Under the pieces are notes generated by a model that was not told the origin of the DNA, ran no database searches, and was given only the letters and a program-made list of their open reading frames with translations. 61,298 nucleotides of DNA from positions 1 through 61,298 of the IMG/VR virus record IMGVR_UViG_3300047408_000236. One strand, given 5' to 3'. How positions within the stretch are numbered: position 1 is the stretch's first letter; the number at the start of each line of letters is the position of its first letter. Shown piece by piece: positions 9,832-20,331 of this stretch. Position numbers and translations under genes: made by a program. This DNA comes from a virus. Taxonomy: Duplodnaviria > Caudoviricetes.

Positions 9832-11331
9832 ATGCCGAACCCATTTCAGGCGATAGGGAAAGCCTTGCGCGGCGATTATCTGTCGCACAAGTTCACGCCG
9901 CTCGACGCCACAATGAACTGGCAGTACGTCAATCACCTCGTGTACACGGCGAACACGATCCCGTACTCGCAGGATTATGGCGGCGACGGCAACTCGGCCG
10001 TATTTGCCTGTTTGCGAGCGCTGGCGTACGCGAGCATTGAGGCGCCGCTTCGTGTCTGGCAACTGGACACCAAGCAGGAACGCGAGCCGCTGTTCGTCAG
10101 CCCGATCCTCGATCTGTTTGACGAGCCGCATCCCGAGCTCGACCTGAACGAGATCCGCTGGTGGTCGGCATGGGCGCGGCATATCGACGGCAACGCGTAC
10201 GTGCTCAAGGTGAGGTCGGGCAATGCGACCAGGGGAACACCGGTCGAGTTGTGGCCGATCAGCCCGACCAGGATGCGGCCACATACTGAGCGTGGCTCGA
10301 ACAACTTTATCGACTGGTACGAACTCGATCGCTACCAGGGCGGGCCGCCCCAGGAAATCCCCGTAGAAAACGTTATCCACTTCAAGCTGGGCGTTGATCC
10401 GTACGATACGCGCAAGGGTATCGCGCCGCTGAAACGGCTCGTACGCGAGATCGCCAGTGATGGCGAGGCCACGCGCTACGCCGATGCGTTGCTTAGAAAC
10501 TTCGGTACGCCAGGTCTGGTAGCCAAACTGCCGGCCGAGACGATGCTGGCGCCAAAACAGATCGAGGAACTCAAGGCGAGCATCAGCCAATCGTTTGGCA
10601 GCGAGAACCGCGGTCGAGTCGGCGTGCTGTCTGGCGGCGCGGACATGGAGCAGTTCGGGTTCTCGCCCGACCAGTTGAACCTGAAGGTGCTACACGACGT
10701 GCCCGAGACACGCATCGCCGCGGTCATGGGCGTCGACCCGCTGGTAGCAAGGCTGGGCGTTGGGCTCGAGCAGACCAGCAACTACGCGAGCGCTCGTCAG
10801 GTCCGCGAGAATTTCACTGAGCTGACCATTGTCCCGTTGTGGGTAATGGATGAGTCGAAGTGGAACCGCAAGCTCAAGACTGACTTCACCGATGATCGCA
10901 GCATCGTCATCGCCCACGACCTGAGCCAGGTTCGTAGCTTGCAGGAAGACGAGAACGCCAAGCATCTGCGATTGCGCGAAGACTTCAAGGCAGGGGTGAT
11001 CACGCGCGAGATGGCGCTCCGCGGTCTGGGCTACGACTCTGACTTGCCGCCCGAGGACACGCTCGCCGTGCCGTCAGGGCTCACGTACGTGCGCGTAGCC
11101 GACGCGGTAACTGACCCGACTGCTACCCCGGCTTTGCCGCCGCCGTTGCCTGGCGCGCCTCCTGTGCAGCCTGCGGTACCTCCGGGCGGGAAGGCGCGCG
11201 GTGACGCGTTCGCTTCGGTGGTGCAGAGCATCGTGGATCAGGCTGCCGGCGACTTCGCCGACGATCTTCAGCGGCTCCAGGACGGTCAGCAGAAGCGTGT
11301 GACGAACGGGCTCGTCAATGGTAGTCACTGA
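9832..11331 (+). CDS. Phage portal protein (HK97-like)
   Basis: AVFACL, GNAYV, LWPI.P, VIHFK, G.P.G..L, IAAVMGV motifs; position. Confidence 0.9.
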   Translation: MPNPFQAIGKALRGDYLSHKFTPLDATMNWQYVNHLVYTANTIPYSQDYGGDGNSAVFACLRALAYASIEAPLRVWQLDTKQEREPLFVSPILDLFDEPHPELDLNEIRWWSAWARHIDGNAYVLKVRSGNATRGTPVELWPISPTRMRPHTERGSNNFIDWYELDRYQGGPPQEIPVENVIHFKLGVDPYDTRKGIAPLKRLVREIASDGEATRYADALLRNFGTPGLVAKLPAETMLAPKQIEELKASISQSFGSENRGRVGVLSGGADMEQFGFSPDQLNLKVLHDVPETRIAAVMGVDPLVARLGVGLEQTSNYASARQVRENFTELTIVPLWVMDESKWNRKLKTDFTDDRSIVIAHDLSQVRSLQEDENAKHLRLREDFKAGVITREMALRGLGYDSDLPPEDTLAVPSGLTYVRVADAVTDPTATPALPPPLPGAPPVQPAVPPGGKARGDAFASVVQSIVDQAAGDFADDLQRLQDGQQKRVTNGLVNGSH

Positions 11332-11911
11332 GCGCAAGCAAGCCGCCGACGAGCAGCACGGCTTTCGGGATGACGACCTCGAACTGGCGCTGATCACCGC
11401 GCTGTTCGTGCTCTGGTACGGCACGGCCCTGCGAGCGGTTCATACGCTGGCCTTGCGCGTGCTCAACCTGAGCACGGTCCCGCTCGACGATCCGTCCGTG
11501 CGACAGATTGCCCTGGCTGGTCGTGCTGCCGCGGTCGCGGTCGACGCCACCACGCGCCGGCTGATCGCCGAGCGCATCCATGACGGGCTGGCGCAGGGCT
11601 TGACGACGCGCGAGATCGCGTATGGTACGCCCGACTTTCCGGGTATCACCGGTCTGTTCGAGGGCACGTGGAAGAACCGGCCATTGACGATCGCGAGGAC
11701 CGAGTTACAGAAAGCGCAACTCCAGGCAACCGTGAACCGATTCCGCACAGTTGGCCGAGGTGTGGTGACGGGGCTGCTCGCGCACGATGGTGACCATGAC
11801 GCGGCCTGTGCAGCTCGAGACGGACGAATCTACCCGGTCAGCCAGCCGCCGGAACTTTTGCACCCGAACTGCCGACTCAGCCTCAGCCCAGTTATTGGAG
11901 GGATCCCGTGA
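11318..11911 (+). CDS. Minor head morphogenesis protein (Mu gpF/SPP1 gp7-like)
   Basis: IARTE, C..RDG..Y and HPNCR motifs directly after the portal. Confidence 0.8.
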   Translation: MVVTERKQAADEQHGFRDDDLELALITALFVLWYGTALRAVHTLALRVLNLSTVPLDDPSVRQIALAGRAAAVAVDATTRRLIAERIHDGLAQGLTTREIAYGTPDFPGITGLFEGTWKNRPLTIARTELQKAQLQATVNRFRTVGRGVVTGLLAHDGDHDAACAARDGRIYPVSQPPELLHPNCRLSLSPVIGGIP

Positions 11912-12351
11912 CCACGATTGTCCGGCCCAGCGAGGCCGACCTGAGTGCAATCGCCCGACGTATTAGCGGGCCACTGTCACCTGAAGGCGCAGAAGCGTGG
12001 TACCGCAATGACAGCGCCATGTTGCTGCAAGAGATCGCCACGTTACGCCAGGAAGCCGCTACAGCGCGGCAAAGTTTCTTCAGCGACGGTGCTCAGGCCG
12101 GACCTGATGCCACGTTGTACGAATTGGCGAAGGCATGGAAGGCGACGAGTACGGGCTACTGGGAGAAGACCCAGACCAGACGGTTACGTCAGAAAGTGGC
12201 CGAGCTTACGGACGACGCAGAGAACCTGCGCGCCTCGATCCAGACGATGCGCGAGGAGTACGAACGAAACGTTCAGGTGTTGAGCGCTCAGTACGCGGCA
12301 CGTGAAGCCCAGGCCAAGGATCTCATGGCTCGCGCCGCGGAGTTGCTGTGA
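11908..12351 (+). CDS. Hypothetical coiled-coil protein
   Basis: GTGA overlap; helical composition. Confidence 0.55.
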   Translation: MTTIVRPSEADLSAIARRISGPLSPEGAEAWYRNDSAMLLQEIATLRQEAATARQSFFSDGAQAGPDATLYELAKAWKATSTGYWEKTQTRRLRQKVAELTDDAENLRASIQTMREEYERNVQVLSAQYAAREAQAKDLMARAAELL

Positions 12352-12560
12352 CCAAACGGCGCGCGAAGGCGCCGGCACTCACGCCTCACGGGTTCGATCT
12401 GGCTTACGGGAAAGATTCGGCCGCGCAGCCGGGTATGGTCATGTTCAGAATCGCTAACGAGGGCGTAATCAAGTGGGAGCTGAACATGCCGCCCGAGGAG
12501 TTTCTGGTCCTGGCGCACGCGTTCGAGAACGTGGCTCGAGCCGTCGCCGCGGACGTGTAA
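12348..12560 (+). CDS. Hypothetical protein
   Basis: Translationally coupled on both sides. Confidence 0.5.
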   Translation: MTKRRAKAPALTPHGFDLAYGKDSAAQPGMVMFRIANEGVIKWELNMPPEEFLVLAHAFENVARAVAADV

Positions 12561-13681
12561 TGCTCGGTCGCGCACCGCGCGTGCTCGCCCTGACTGGCGA
12601 TGAAACCGGCTGCAGCCTTTGGCGAATCTGGCAGCCATTCGCTGAGCTCGAACGCCGCGGCTTTATCGCCGAGTGGTCGCACAAGAATGACAGCGACAAG
12701 GTGCTGCCGCTCGTTGCGGCCGGTCGGTACGACGCGGTCATTACGCCGCGGATCGTCTGGCCGGTCGAGGGCATTGGCGAGCAGTGGGTCAACACGATTC
12801 ACAAGGCCGGCCTGGCCTGGCTGTACGAGATCGACGACGACATCTTTTCGCCCAGGATTGTCGATCGGCAGATGCGCGTCTTTCCGGCCGAGGCGGCCAA
12901 AGGTCGCGACCAGCTCGAATGGGAACGTAACGAGCGGATCAAGATGCTCACCGTGTGCGACGGCGTGACGGTGTCGAGCCGGCGACTGGCGACGATTGCG
13001 CGTCAGTACGCACCAGCAGCAACGCCTGTTTATCACATCCCCAATAGCATCGATGCGAAGTGGTTCAGGTCAACGCTCCGCGGCATCGGTCGCATCCCCG
13101 AACTTGAGGGCAAGTTGACGGTTGGCTGGGCTGGCGGCGCACGCGAAGAGGCCGACATGAAGCCGCTTGCTGAGGCATGGGCGATCATCGCTGAGCGCTA
13201 CCCCGAGGTCGAGTTCGTGATTCAGGGTCATATGAGCGACTCGCTCTACCACTCGATTCCGGATGAACGGCGGCACTCGCTGCCGTGGCTGGAATTGCAC
13301 GAGTACCCGCGGGCGCTCATCAACATCGATATTGGCTGCTGCATTGTGGCGCCGCTCGTGTTCAACACCTCGAAAACGTGCATCAAGTGGTACGAGATGA
13401 CGCTCGCTGGTGCCGTGTGCGTTGTCAGCCCGACGTTGTACGGGCGCGAGGTGACCGATGGTGAGGATGCGCTGGTCGCTGAGACGCCCGAGCAGATAGT
13501 CACGGCGCTGAGCCGACTGATTGAGTCTGAGGATCTGCGCCGGACGATCAGCCGTAATGCTCGGCGCGCGGTCATGGAGCGCCACAGCTTAGAGAACAAC
13601 TGGCATAAGTGGCCGTTGGCCTGGTCAGACGCAATTGAACGATTCCGCGCGAAGCCGAGACTGATTCTCGCTTCCGCTTAG
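12560..13681 (+). CDS. Glycosyltransferase (GT-B/GT4-like)
   Basis: YEIDDD, CDGVTVS, IPN, VGWAG, DIG..PL..N.SK..IKWYE motifs. Confidence 0.85.
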   Translation: MLGRAPRVLALTGDETGCSLWRIWQPFAELERRGFIAEWSHKNDSDKVLPLVAAGRYDAVITPRIVWPVEGIGEQWVNTIHKAGLAWLYEIDDDIFSPRIVDRQMRVFPAEAAKGRDQLEWERNERIKMLTVCDGVTVSSRRLATIARQYAPAATPVYHIPNSIDAKWFRSTLRGIGRIPELEGKLTVGWAGGAREEADMKPLAEAWAIIAERYPEVEFVIQGHMSDSLYHSIPDERRHSLPWLELHEYPRALINIDIGCCIVAPLVFNTSKTCIKWYEMTLAGAVCVVSPTLYGREVTDGEDALVAETPEQIVTALSRLIESEDLRRTISRNARRAVMERHSLENNWHKWPLAWSDAIERFRAKPRLILASA

Positions 13682-13747
13682 CTTTTATTCGCCGGCGCGA
13701 GCAATCTCCCCGGCTCATCTTCAACGCTTCTGAAGGGAGCCGGCCCC

Positions 13748-14575
13748 TTGCTGTACATGTCTACCCCGCTGGAGTTGGTCGAGATCAAGGCCGACTCGTC
13801 AGGCGCGATGCAATTCACCGCGTACGCATCGACGTTCAACAATCGCGATCACGGCGGCGACATCATCTCCAAAGGCGCGTTCGGTGCAAGTCTTGCCGAA
13901 CGCAAGTTTCGACCGCTGCTCTGGCAGCACGACATGCGCGAGCCGATCGGCATCGAAAAATCACTCAAGGAAGACGCCCGCGGCTTGCTCGGCACGTGGG
14001 AGCTGGTCGATACCGTCCGCGGTCGGGACGCCTACAAATTGCTCAAGGCGGGCGCGGTGCGCTCCATGAGCATTGGCTACGTCCCGACGCAGTTCAAGTT
14101 CGACGACGCCGGCGATACGCGCATCCTCGAAGAAATCGACCTTTTGGAAAATTCAGTTGTCAGCATTCCGATGAACGATCAGGCGCAAGTGCAATCGGTC
14201 AAGCACGTGCATTGCGCGACGTGTATGGCGCTAATCGAAGTACCCAAGGAGGAAGAGCACAAGGAACAGCCGACGCTGGCGCAGCTCGCCAGCACGACCA
14301 GAGATGTGGTCGCGGCGTTCGGTGAACGCACTCGCGACTTGCTCGACAAATTGCAAGCAGGCGATTTCAGCCTGACGGAACAGAAACGCACAGACCTCCA
14401 GGCACTCCTTGAGACGTTCTCGGGGATCGACGCCGTGCGTCACGACGCCGAAGCGGTACTGGCTCACAAGCAGGAACAGGTACCCGACCCGACGACTAGC
14501 CAGCAGATCAGTACGACTGCCCTGGCTCTTGAACTGGCTCGTCACCGCATTCGTGCGCGTGGCTGGGAGGTCTGA
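13748..14575 (+). CDS. HK97-family prohead protease
   Basis: YASTF..D.GGDII.KGAF, LLWQHD..PIG, MSIGY, LLENSVV..P.N. Confidence 0.93.
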   Translation: MLYMSTPLELVEIKADSSGAMQFTAYASTFNNRDHGGDIISKGAFGASLAERKFRPLLWQHDMREPIGIEKSLKEDARGLLGTWELVDTVRGRDAYKLLKAGAVRSMSIGYVPTQFKFDDAGDTRILEEIDLLENSVVSIPMNDQAQVQSVKHVHCATCMALIEVPKEEEHKEQPTLAQLASTTRDVVAAFGERTRDLLDKLQAGDFSLTEQKRTDLQALLETFSGIDAVRHDAEAVLAHKQEQVPDPTTSQQISTTALALELARHRIRARGWEV

Positions 14576-14582
14576 ACGAATC

Positions 14583-15908
14583 ATGTCGATGACCATTGCC
14601 GAAGCTCAGACGGAGCTCAAGGAACGGCTCGAGCAGGCCGATCTGCGCGAGAAAAAGTATCTCGACACCGAGATGCCTAACGAGGAACGCGAAGAGCAAA
14701 AGAAACTGCTCGACGAGATCGCTACTCTCGAAACGAAACTGAACGATATCGAGGATGCCGAGCAGCGGCGTGCTCGCATTATGCAGTCGTACGAGCGCGC
14801 ACGACGGCCAGCACCTGGCGCGCGCCCAACGTACGAGGGCGATGATGGAGACCTCGAGGGCAAGCGCATCTCACCAGGTCGTCAGTTCCTATCCAGCATG
14901 GATTACCGCACGGCCAAACAGCGCAAGATGTTCGATTCGAATCTGTCGCGTGTCGAGATCGGCGTCACGATGTCCGAAGGTACGTCGATGCTCGAATGGG
15001 CCCAGCAGAAAACGCTGTTGCGCGGCGGTTCGTCCACTTCTGGTGGGCCGTTCGTGCTCGAGGACCATCAGCCAGGATATCTCGACTTGCTGCAGGCGCC
15101 GCTGAACGTTATCGACATCATTATGCGGTCGCAGACGTCGAGCGACACCATCGAATATGTCCGTGAGGACACGTTCACCAACGCTGCGGCGTTCGTCGCT
15201 GAGGCAACGGGCTTCACGGCGTCGGCGCTCGCGACTGGCACGGGTACTGGCCTCAAGCCTGAGTCAGCATTGGCGTACAGCACGCAGACCGCGACGGTCA
15301 GGACGCTGGCTCACTGGATTCCGGTTACAAACCGCATGCTCAGTGATGCGCCGGCGATCCGCGGCATCATCGACGGACGGCTTCTGTTCGGCTTGCAGCA
15401 GAAACTGCAGTCGCAGATCGTGTCTGGTGACGGTACTGGTGAGAACCTTACCGGTATTTTGAACACGGCCAGCATTGGCGTCGTCGGCAAGGGCACCGAT
15501 TCGCAGATTGACGCGCTGTACAAGGGTCGAACACTGGTCAACTGGACGGGCCTGGGCCGAGTCTCCGCGTTCTGTCTCAACCCGACTGATTGGCAGACAA
15601 TCCGTCTGGCACGTGAATCGGCCTCGACGGCGACGCCTGGTTCCTACCTGTTCGGTCCGCCGAGCGGTATGGGCGCACCCACGTTGTGGGGTATTCCGGT
15701 TGTCGAAGACCCGAATATCACGGTAGGTACGGGCCTGGTCGGCGACTTCCAGCAGGGCGCCACGCTCTATGATCGCGAACAGGGCGCGGTCAGGGTCGGC
15801 ACGGTGAACGACCAGTTCGTGCGCAATATGCAGACTATTTTGGCCGAACTCCGCGTGGCCTTCGTGGTCTGGCGGCCAGCAGTTTTCGCGAAAGTCACCG
15901 GACTCTGA
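14583..15908 (+). CDS. Major capsid protein (HK97 fold)
   Basis: N-terminal coiled-coil delta domain; KPES, LAHWIPVT, GDG.G.N..GIL, LWGIPVV, GDF, F.RN....LAE.R. Confidence 0.93.
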   Translation: MSMTIAEAQTELKERLEQADLREKKYLDTEMPNEEREEQKKLLDEIATLETKLNDIEDAEQRRARIMQSYERARRPAPGARPTYEGDDGDLEGKRISPGRQFLSSMDYRTAKQRKMFDSNLSRVEIGVTMSEGTSMLEWAQQKTLLRGGSSTSGGPFVLEDHQPGYLDLLQAPLNVIDIIMRSQTSSDTIEYVREDTFTNAAAFVAEATGFTASALATGTGTGLKPESALAYSTQTATVRTLAHWIPVTNRMLSDAPAIRGIIDGRLLFGLQQKLQSQIVSGDGTGENLTGILNTASIGVVGKGTDSQIDALYKGRTLVNWTGLGRVSAFCLNPTDWQTIRLARESASTATPGSYLFGPPSGMGAPTLWGIPVVEDPNITVGTGLVGDFQQGATLYDREQGAVRVGTVNDQFVRNMQTILAELRVAFVVWRPAVFAKVTGL

Positions 15909-15911
15909 TCG

Positions 15912-16109
15912 GTGGCTAATCCTGCGCCTGCAGTCATGGACGTTGTTCGCCGTCTACGGCTGCGCTTACGCAGGATGAGTGGTGACGAGCCGGCAACGGA
16001 GCATCCACCGTTGCCGGCCGTCGACCACAAACGACGACTGATCTACTTTGATAAGGCACGCTGGCCGCGGCGTGATTATGAAGACAAGGGAGTCCAGCCG
16101 CATGGCTGA
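15912..16109 (+). CDS. Hypothetical protein
   Basis: Short ORF directly after the capsid gene. Confidence 0.4.
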   Translation: MANPAPAVMDVVRRLRLRLRRMSGDEPATEHPPLPAVDHKRRLIYFDKARWPRRDYEDKGVQPHG

Positions 16110-16368
16110 TGAATACGTGGTGCAGCTATACGGCACCGGTGGCGATTACGTTACCGACGCGTTCACCGATCAAGACTTATCGCTGGCCAGTAATCGCGAG
16201 ATGGTGATAGACAGCGGCGGCAAAATCTACGTCTGGAACCAGCGCAACGCCCAATGGCGAGAATCAGCCGGTGTCATCACGCTCGGCAAGGAAATAGTCA
16301 AGCCGGCTGAACCCGAGCCCGAACCTGAGCACGAGCCCGAGCCAAAGGTGGCCGATAAGGACAAGTGA
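16102..16368 (+). CDS. Hypothetical protein with PEPEPE tail
   Basis: RBS AAGGGAG; coupled to the downstream GT. Confidence 0.55.
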   Translation: MADEYVVQLYGTGGDYVTDAFTDQDLSLASNREMVIDSGGKIYVWNQRNAQWRESAGVITLGKEIVKPAEPEPEPEHEPEPKVADKDK

Positions 16369-16958
16369 AGGCGCCGTCGTTCACGTTCATTGTGCCGACG
16401 CATCGCAATGATCGGCCGATACCGCGTTGCCTCAACAGCATCGCGCCGCAGCTCGATCCGTCCGATGAGGTGATCGTGGTTGGCGACGTGCATGATGGGC
16501 CCTTGCCGAACGTCGAATCATGGGTAGCGTCTTACGGCTCGCAGTTCCGCTATGTGAGTTTGGACGCGGGCCATCACTGCTTTGGTCACTGTCAGAATAA
16601 TCTCGGCATCGAGCAGGCCAAAGGAACATACCTTCATTTCAACGACGACGATGACGTCTGGACGCCGGACGCGGTGGCGCTCATGCGAAGAAGCGTCAGC
16701 ATGTTTCCCGACATTGCGCTGCTGTTTCGGTTCCACTCGTACTTTGGCCTGGACTTCTGGGATATGGCCGGCCACTTTGAGCGCAACTACATCGGTGGCC
16801 ATTGCCTGGTCGCGCCGAACGTTCCGGACAAGATCGGATCATGGACGTGCGACTACACCGGGGATTTCGACTACGTCGAGAGCACGGTGAACAATTTCGG
16901 TGGGCCGGACAGGGCGATCTGGGTCAACGAGTTCGTAGCGCGAGCGCGACCAGGATGA
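16365..16958 (+). CDS. Glycosyltransferase family 2
   Basis: FIVPT, CLNSI..Q, EVIVVGD, N.GIEQAKG.Y..F.DDDD. Confidence 0.88.
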   Translation: MKAPSFTFIVPTHRNDRPIPRCLNSIAPQLDPSDEVIVVGDVHDGPLPNVESWVASYGSQFRYVSLDAGHHCFGHCQNNLGIEQAKGTYLHFNDDDDVWTPDAVALMRRSVSMFPDIALLFRFHSYFGLDFWDMAGHFERNYIGGHCLVAPNVPDKIGSWTCDYTGDFDYVESTVNNFGGPDRAIWVNEFVARARPG

Positions 16959-17794
16959 TTCCCGCACCGACCAACAACTACACGGATTACCGAGACTGCT
17001 TGCGCGAGGCGGTTGCGCAGCAGCCCGAGGAATGGACGTTCAAGTCCGATCCGCGGTACCAGCGGGTGCTCGAGCATGTTGACCATTACCAGGGCGTCAG
17101 ATTCATCGTGCAGATCAAGCAGGAGTACGCGGCGTACTGGTCGAGGGCGCTCTCGATATTGCCGGCCATCGTTGAGGAGAATGACCGTTACGGCAAGCCG
17201 ATCACTGACACGTTCCAGGAGATCGGGCTGACGTGCTCGCCGTCGAACCTGCGCTATTTGAGCCAGGCATTGCGATTGTGGACGCATGCGCTCGAGATGG
17301 GCATGGAACGCATGCACGTGGTCGAGTTGGGCGGCGGCTACGGTGGGCTGGCACTGTACGTCCATCGGCTCGCATCGTTGTTCCCGAGCGTAGAGCTCGC
17401 TTGGTACACGATCGTCGACTTGCCGGAAGCCGCGGACATTCAGGAGATGGTGTTTGCTGAATGGGGCGTGCCGGCCATGACGGTGAATGGACTGGACGAG
17501 GTTGCGCTCGAATGGTGTCTCGACCATGCCGATGAGACGCAGGCGCCGCGGTTTCTGTTCTCAGCTTATGCCTTCAGCGAGTTCGATGAGGAAACGCGCG
17601 ACTACTACGCCGAGCGTGTTGCGAAGCATTGCGAGCATGGCGTGCTGATCTGGAACTTTACCAACGGTCCGCACGAGAAACTAGCGGAACGGCCGGTCGG
17701 TGGGCCGGTCTATCAGTTCATCAATAAGCCGTTACGCACCAATCTAGATCAACCGGCCATGTATCCGGAACCCATCCAGCTCGTGAGGTTCTAG
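16955..17794 (+). CDS. Putative sugar O-methyltransferase
   Basis: SAM motif VVELGGGYGG, YTIVDLPE, YAFSE. Confidence 0.75.
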   Translation: MIPAPTNNYTDYRDCLREAVAQQPEEWTFKSDPRYQRVLEHVDHYQGVRFIVQIKQEYAAYWSRALSILPAIVEENDRYGKPITDTFQEIGLTCSPSNLRYLSQALRLWTHALEMGMERMHVVELGGGYGGLALYVHRLASLFPSVELAWYTIVDLPEAADIQEMVFAEWGVPAMTVNGLDEVALEWCLDHADETQAPRFLFSAYAFSEFDEETRDYYAERVAKHCEHGVLIWNFTNGPHEKLAERPVGGPVYQFINKPLRTNLDQPAMYPEPIQLVRF

Positions 17795-18927
17795 TGGTTT
17801 CGGCCCCGGTCAAACGCTACCCGCTCGCGCACGTGACGTACGGCGACGAGGAGATGGCCGCGGTCATGATGACGTTGAGGGCTGGCCAGACCACGTGCGG
17901 GCCTCAGGTGAAAGAGTTTGAGCGGTCCTTTGCCGAGTATGTCGGTCGCGAACATGCCATCATGGTCAACTCGGGCTCGAGCGCTGACTTGCTGTGCGCG
18001 TTCGGGCTGGGACCGGCTGAGCCTGGCGACGAGGTGCTGGTGCCCGCGGTGACGTGGCCGACACAGATCTGGTCGTGCACGATGGCTGGCTACACGGTGC
18101 GGCTCGTCGACGTCGACCCGACTACGTTGCAGATGGACCTTGCCGACTTGAAGCGCAAGGTCAACATCCATACGCGTTGTGTGTTCCTGACGCACGTGCT
18201 CGGCAACGTCGGCAACCTCGACGACTTGGACGATGTTGATATTCCAATTCTCGAGGACTGCTGCGAGGCGATGGGTGCTCGCTGGCGCGGCAAGCATGTC
18301 GGGACGTTCGGTTCGGCCGCGGCGTTCTCGTTTTTCTTCAGCCACCTCCTCAACACGATGGAGGGCGGGATGGTGGTGACGGACTCGCCGATCGATGAGC
18401 GCGACTACCGGCTATGGCGTTCACACGGCTGGGAGCCGAAGGTCGATTTTCCGTTCTGGTTCCCGACGTGGGGTTTGAACGTGCGGCCGACCGAGATCCA
18501 GGGCGCGTTCGGTAATGTCCAGATGACGCGGCTCGAAGGTTTTCGGAAAGCTCGAGCACGCAATTTCGACCGACTCATGGCCGCCATCCCGTGGGACTGG
18601 CTGAACGGCATAGCCGTATTGCCTGAATGTGAACCGGCATGGCATGGCTTCCCGGTGATGGTTGTCGAGGATGCACCGTTCTGCAAAACCGACTTGTGCC
18701 GGTACCTCGATGCGCATGGCGTCGAGACGCGGCCGATTGTGGCAGGTAACTTTGCCGAGCAGCCCGTAGCGCAGGGCCACCCACAGATCATCGCTGAGCA
18801 TCTGCCGGGCGCGGAACACATCCATACGCACGGGTTCTATATCGGGATCTCATCGTTTGATGATGAGGACGGCGCGGCTTACGTCGGCGAGGTTGTGCGC
18901 GACTTCCTACGAGACACTAAGTGCTGA
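17794..18927 (+). CDS. DegT/DnrJ-family PLP enzyme, His-type (ColD/DdhC-like NDP-sugar 3-dehydratase)
   Basis: [37 protein letters not shown] (His at the catalytic Lys position), GVETRPI.AGN. Confidence 0.8.
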   Translation: MVSAPVKRYPLAHVTYGDEEMAAVMMTLRAGQTTCGPQVKEFERSFAEYVGREHAIMVNSGSSADLLCAFGLGPAEPGDEVLVPAVTWPTQIWSCTMAGYTVRLVDVDPTTLQMDLADLKRKVNIHTRCVFLTHVLGNVGNLDDLDDVDIPILEDCCEAMGARWRGKHVGTFGSAAAFSFFFSHLLNTMEGGMVVTDSPIDERDYRLWRSHGWEPKVDFPFWFPTWGLNVRPTEIQGAFGNVQMTRLEGFRKARARNFDRLMAAIPWDWLNGIAVLPECEPAWHGFPVMVVEDAPFCKTDLCRYLDAHGVETRPIVAGNFAEQPVAQGHPQIIAEHLPGAEHIHTHGFYIGISSFDDEDGAAYVGEVVRDFLRDTKC

Positions 18928-19559
18928 TCGCCATGCGCGACCTTGTCGAGCGCTACGACGTGACACCGAAAGCGGTCCTACACGTCGGCGCCCATCTTGG
19001 CGAAGAGGCTCCTGATTATCAGGCCGTGGGTGTTGAGCGCGTCTTGTGGATTGAGGCGAACAGAGCGCTGATGCCGGCGCTACAGGCGCACGTAGCGGGA
19101 TTCGCTGGTCAGCGAGCGTTGCAGGCTACGGTGAGCGACGTCAATGACGAGCCGGTGACGCTGCGACTGACGACCTTCTCGATGGCGTCTTCGATCCTGC
19201 CGCTCAAGGAGCACCTCAGGTTCTACCCGTCGATGCCCGAGGTCGGTGGGCAACTGGATATGAGCACCACAGTCGATATGTTGCTCGAGCAGCACGGCGA
19301 GTCGCCCGCGTTCGATATGGCCAACCTCGATGTGGAGGGCGCCGAGTTGTACGTGCTACGCGGCATGGCATCGGTCATGCCAAGTTTGAAGTGGGTCTAT
19401 ACCGAGGTCAATCACGAGGAGATGTACGAGGGCTGCGTCCTGGTGTCGCACATGGACGACTATCTTGGCGGCTTCGGGTTCAAGCGAGTAGCTATTCAGG
19501 ACGCGTATATCGGCAGTCAGATGATGGGCTTCGCGGATGCGCTCTATGCCCGAATCTAG
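18921..19559 (+). CDS. FkbM-family methyltransferase
   Basis: LHVGAH.GEE, IEAN, SSIL, LDVEGAEL.VLRG, YTEV. Confidence 0.88.
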   Translation: MLIAMRDLVERYDVTPKAVLHVGAHLGEEAPDYQAVGVERVLWIEANRALMPALQAHVAGFAGQRALQATVSDVNDEPVTLRLTTFSMASSILPLKEHLRFYPSMPEVGGQLDMSTTVDMLLEQHGESPAFDMANLDVEGAELYVLRGMASVMPSLKWVYTEVNHEEMYEGCVLVSHMDDYLGGFGFKRVAIQDAYIGSQMMGFADALYARI

Positions 19560-20331
19560 CCTGCAAGTCATCTGCTTTAGCAAAGACCGGCCGCTGCAGC
19601 TTCACGGGTACCTGACCTCGTTCTACCGGCACTGCGAGCAGAACGCGGACGTGAAAGTGCTGGTGCAGTCGCAGCCTCAGTGGTTCGCTGATGCGTACGG
19701 TCAAGTCGAATCCGAATTTCCTCAGGTCGAGTTCTGCCACGAGACAGACTTTCGAACGGACCTCGAATCGCTGATTGGCGATACCGAGTACACCATGTTC
19801 GGCTGCGACGACGTCGTGTTCACACGCTCGTTCGAGATACGGTTCGACGAGGGCGTCATTGGGGTATCGCTGCGACTCGGGAACCACATCACGCGCGATA
19901 TGTTCGGCGCCCCGCTGTCACAGCCGACCATGTTTCGTCGGGGTAATCAGTGGCCGGTGGTTGAGGGCGTGGGCGATTGGGGCTATCCGTGGGAAGTGCT
20001 GGGCACGATCTACCGAACCGACTTCGTCAAACGCATGGCGGCGCGCGTGCAGGCCAACTCGCCCAGCCAGCTCGAAGAACGCGGCTCGCGCTGTTGGGCC
20101 GAGGAAACGGACGCGCGCCTGCTGGCATCGTGGGCCCTGTCGCGGCTTGTGGTGCCGACAGTGAACCTCGTGCAGCAGGAGTTCCCGAACGGGATCTGCG
20201 GCAACGTGCCGCTCGATGTCGGCTTCCTGCTCGACTGCTGGAACCACGGTATGCGATTGGACGTGGACCGATACGCGAACATGGCGCCCGAGTCGTGGCG
20301 TATCCCTGATTTCTTCTTGAGGCGGGCATGA
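19546..20331 (+). CDS. Putative glycosyltransferase (GT-A-like)
   Basis: FSKDRPLQL..L.S, F.CDD.VF, SLRLG; context among glycan genes. Confidence 0.65.
   Translation: MPESSLQVICFSKDRPLQLHGYLTSFYRHCEQNADVKVLVQSQPQWFADAYGQVESEFPQVEFCHETDFRTDLESLIGDTEYTMFGCDDVVFTRSFEIRFDEGVIGVSLRLGNHITRDMFGAPLSQPTMFRRGNQWPVVEGVGDWGYPWEVLGTIYRTDFVKRMAARVQANSPSQLEERGSRCWAEETDARLLASWALSRLVVPTVNLVQQEFPNGICGNVPLDVGFLLDCWNHGMRLDVDRYANMAPESWRIPDFFLRRA

Noticed and set aside
9652-10590. Long antisense ORFs (e.g. 9652-10590, 5079-5930, 38987-39817, 55695-56507, 58922-59746)
   Set aside because: Shadow frames opposite well-supported genes in GC-rich DNA; no recognisable motifs.
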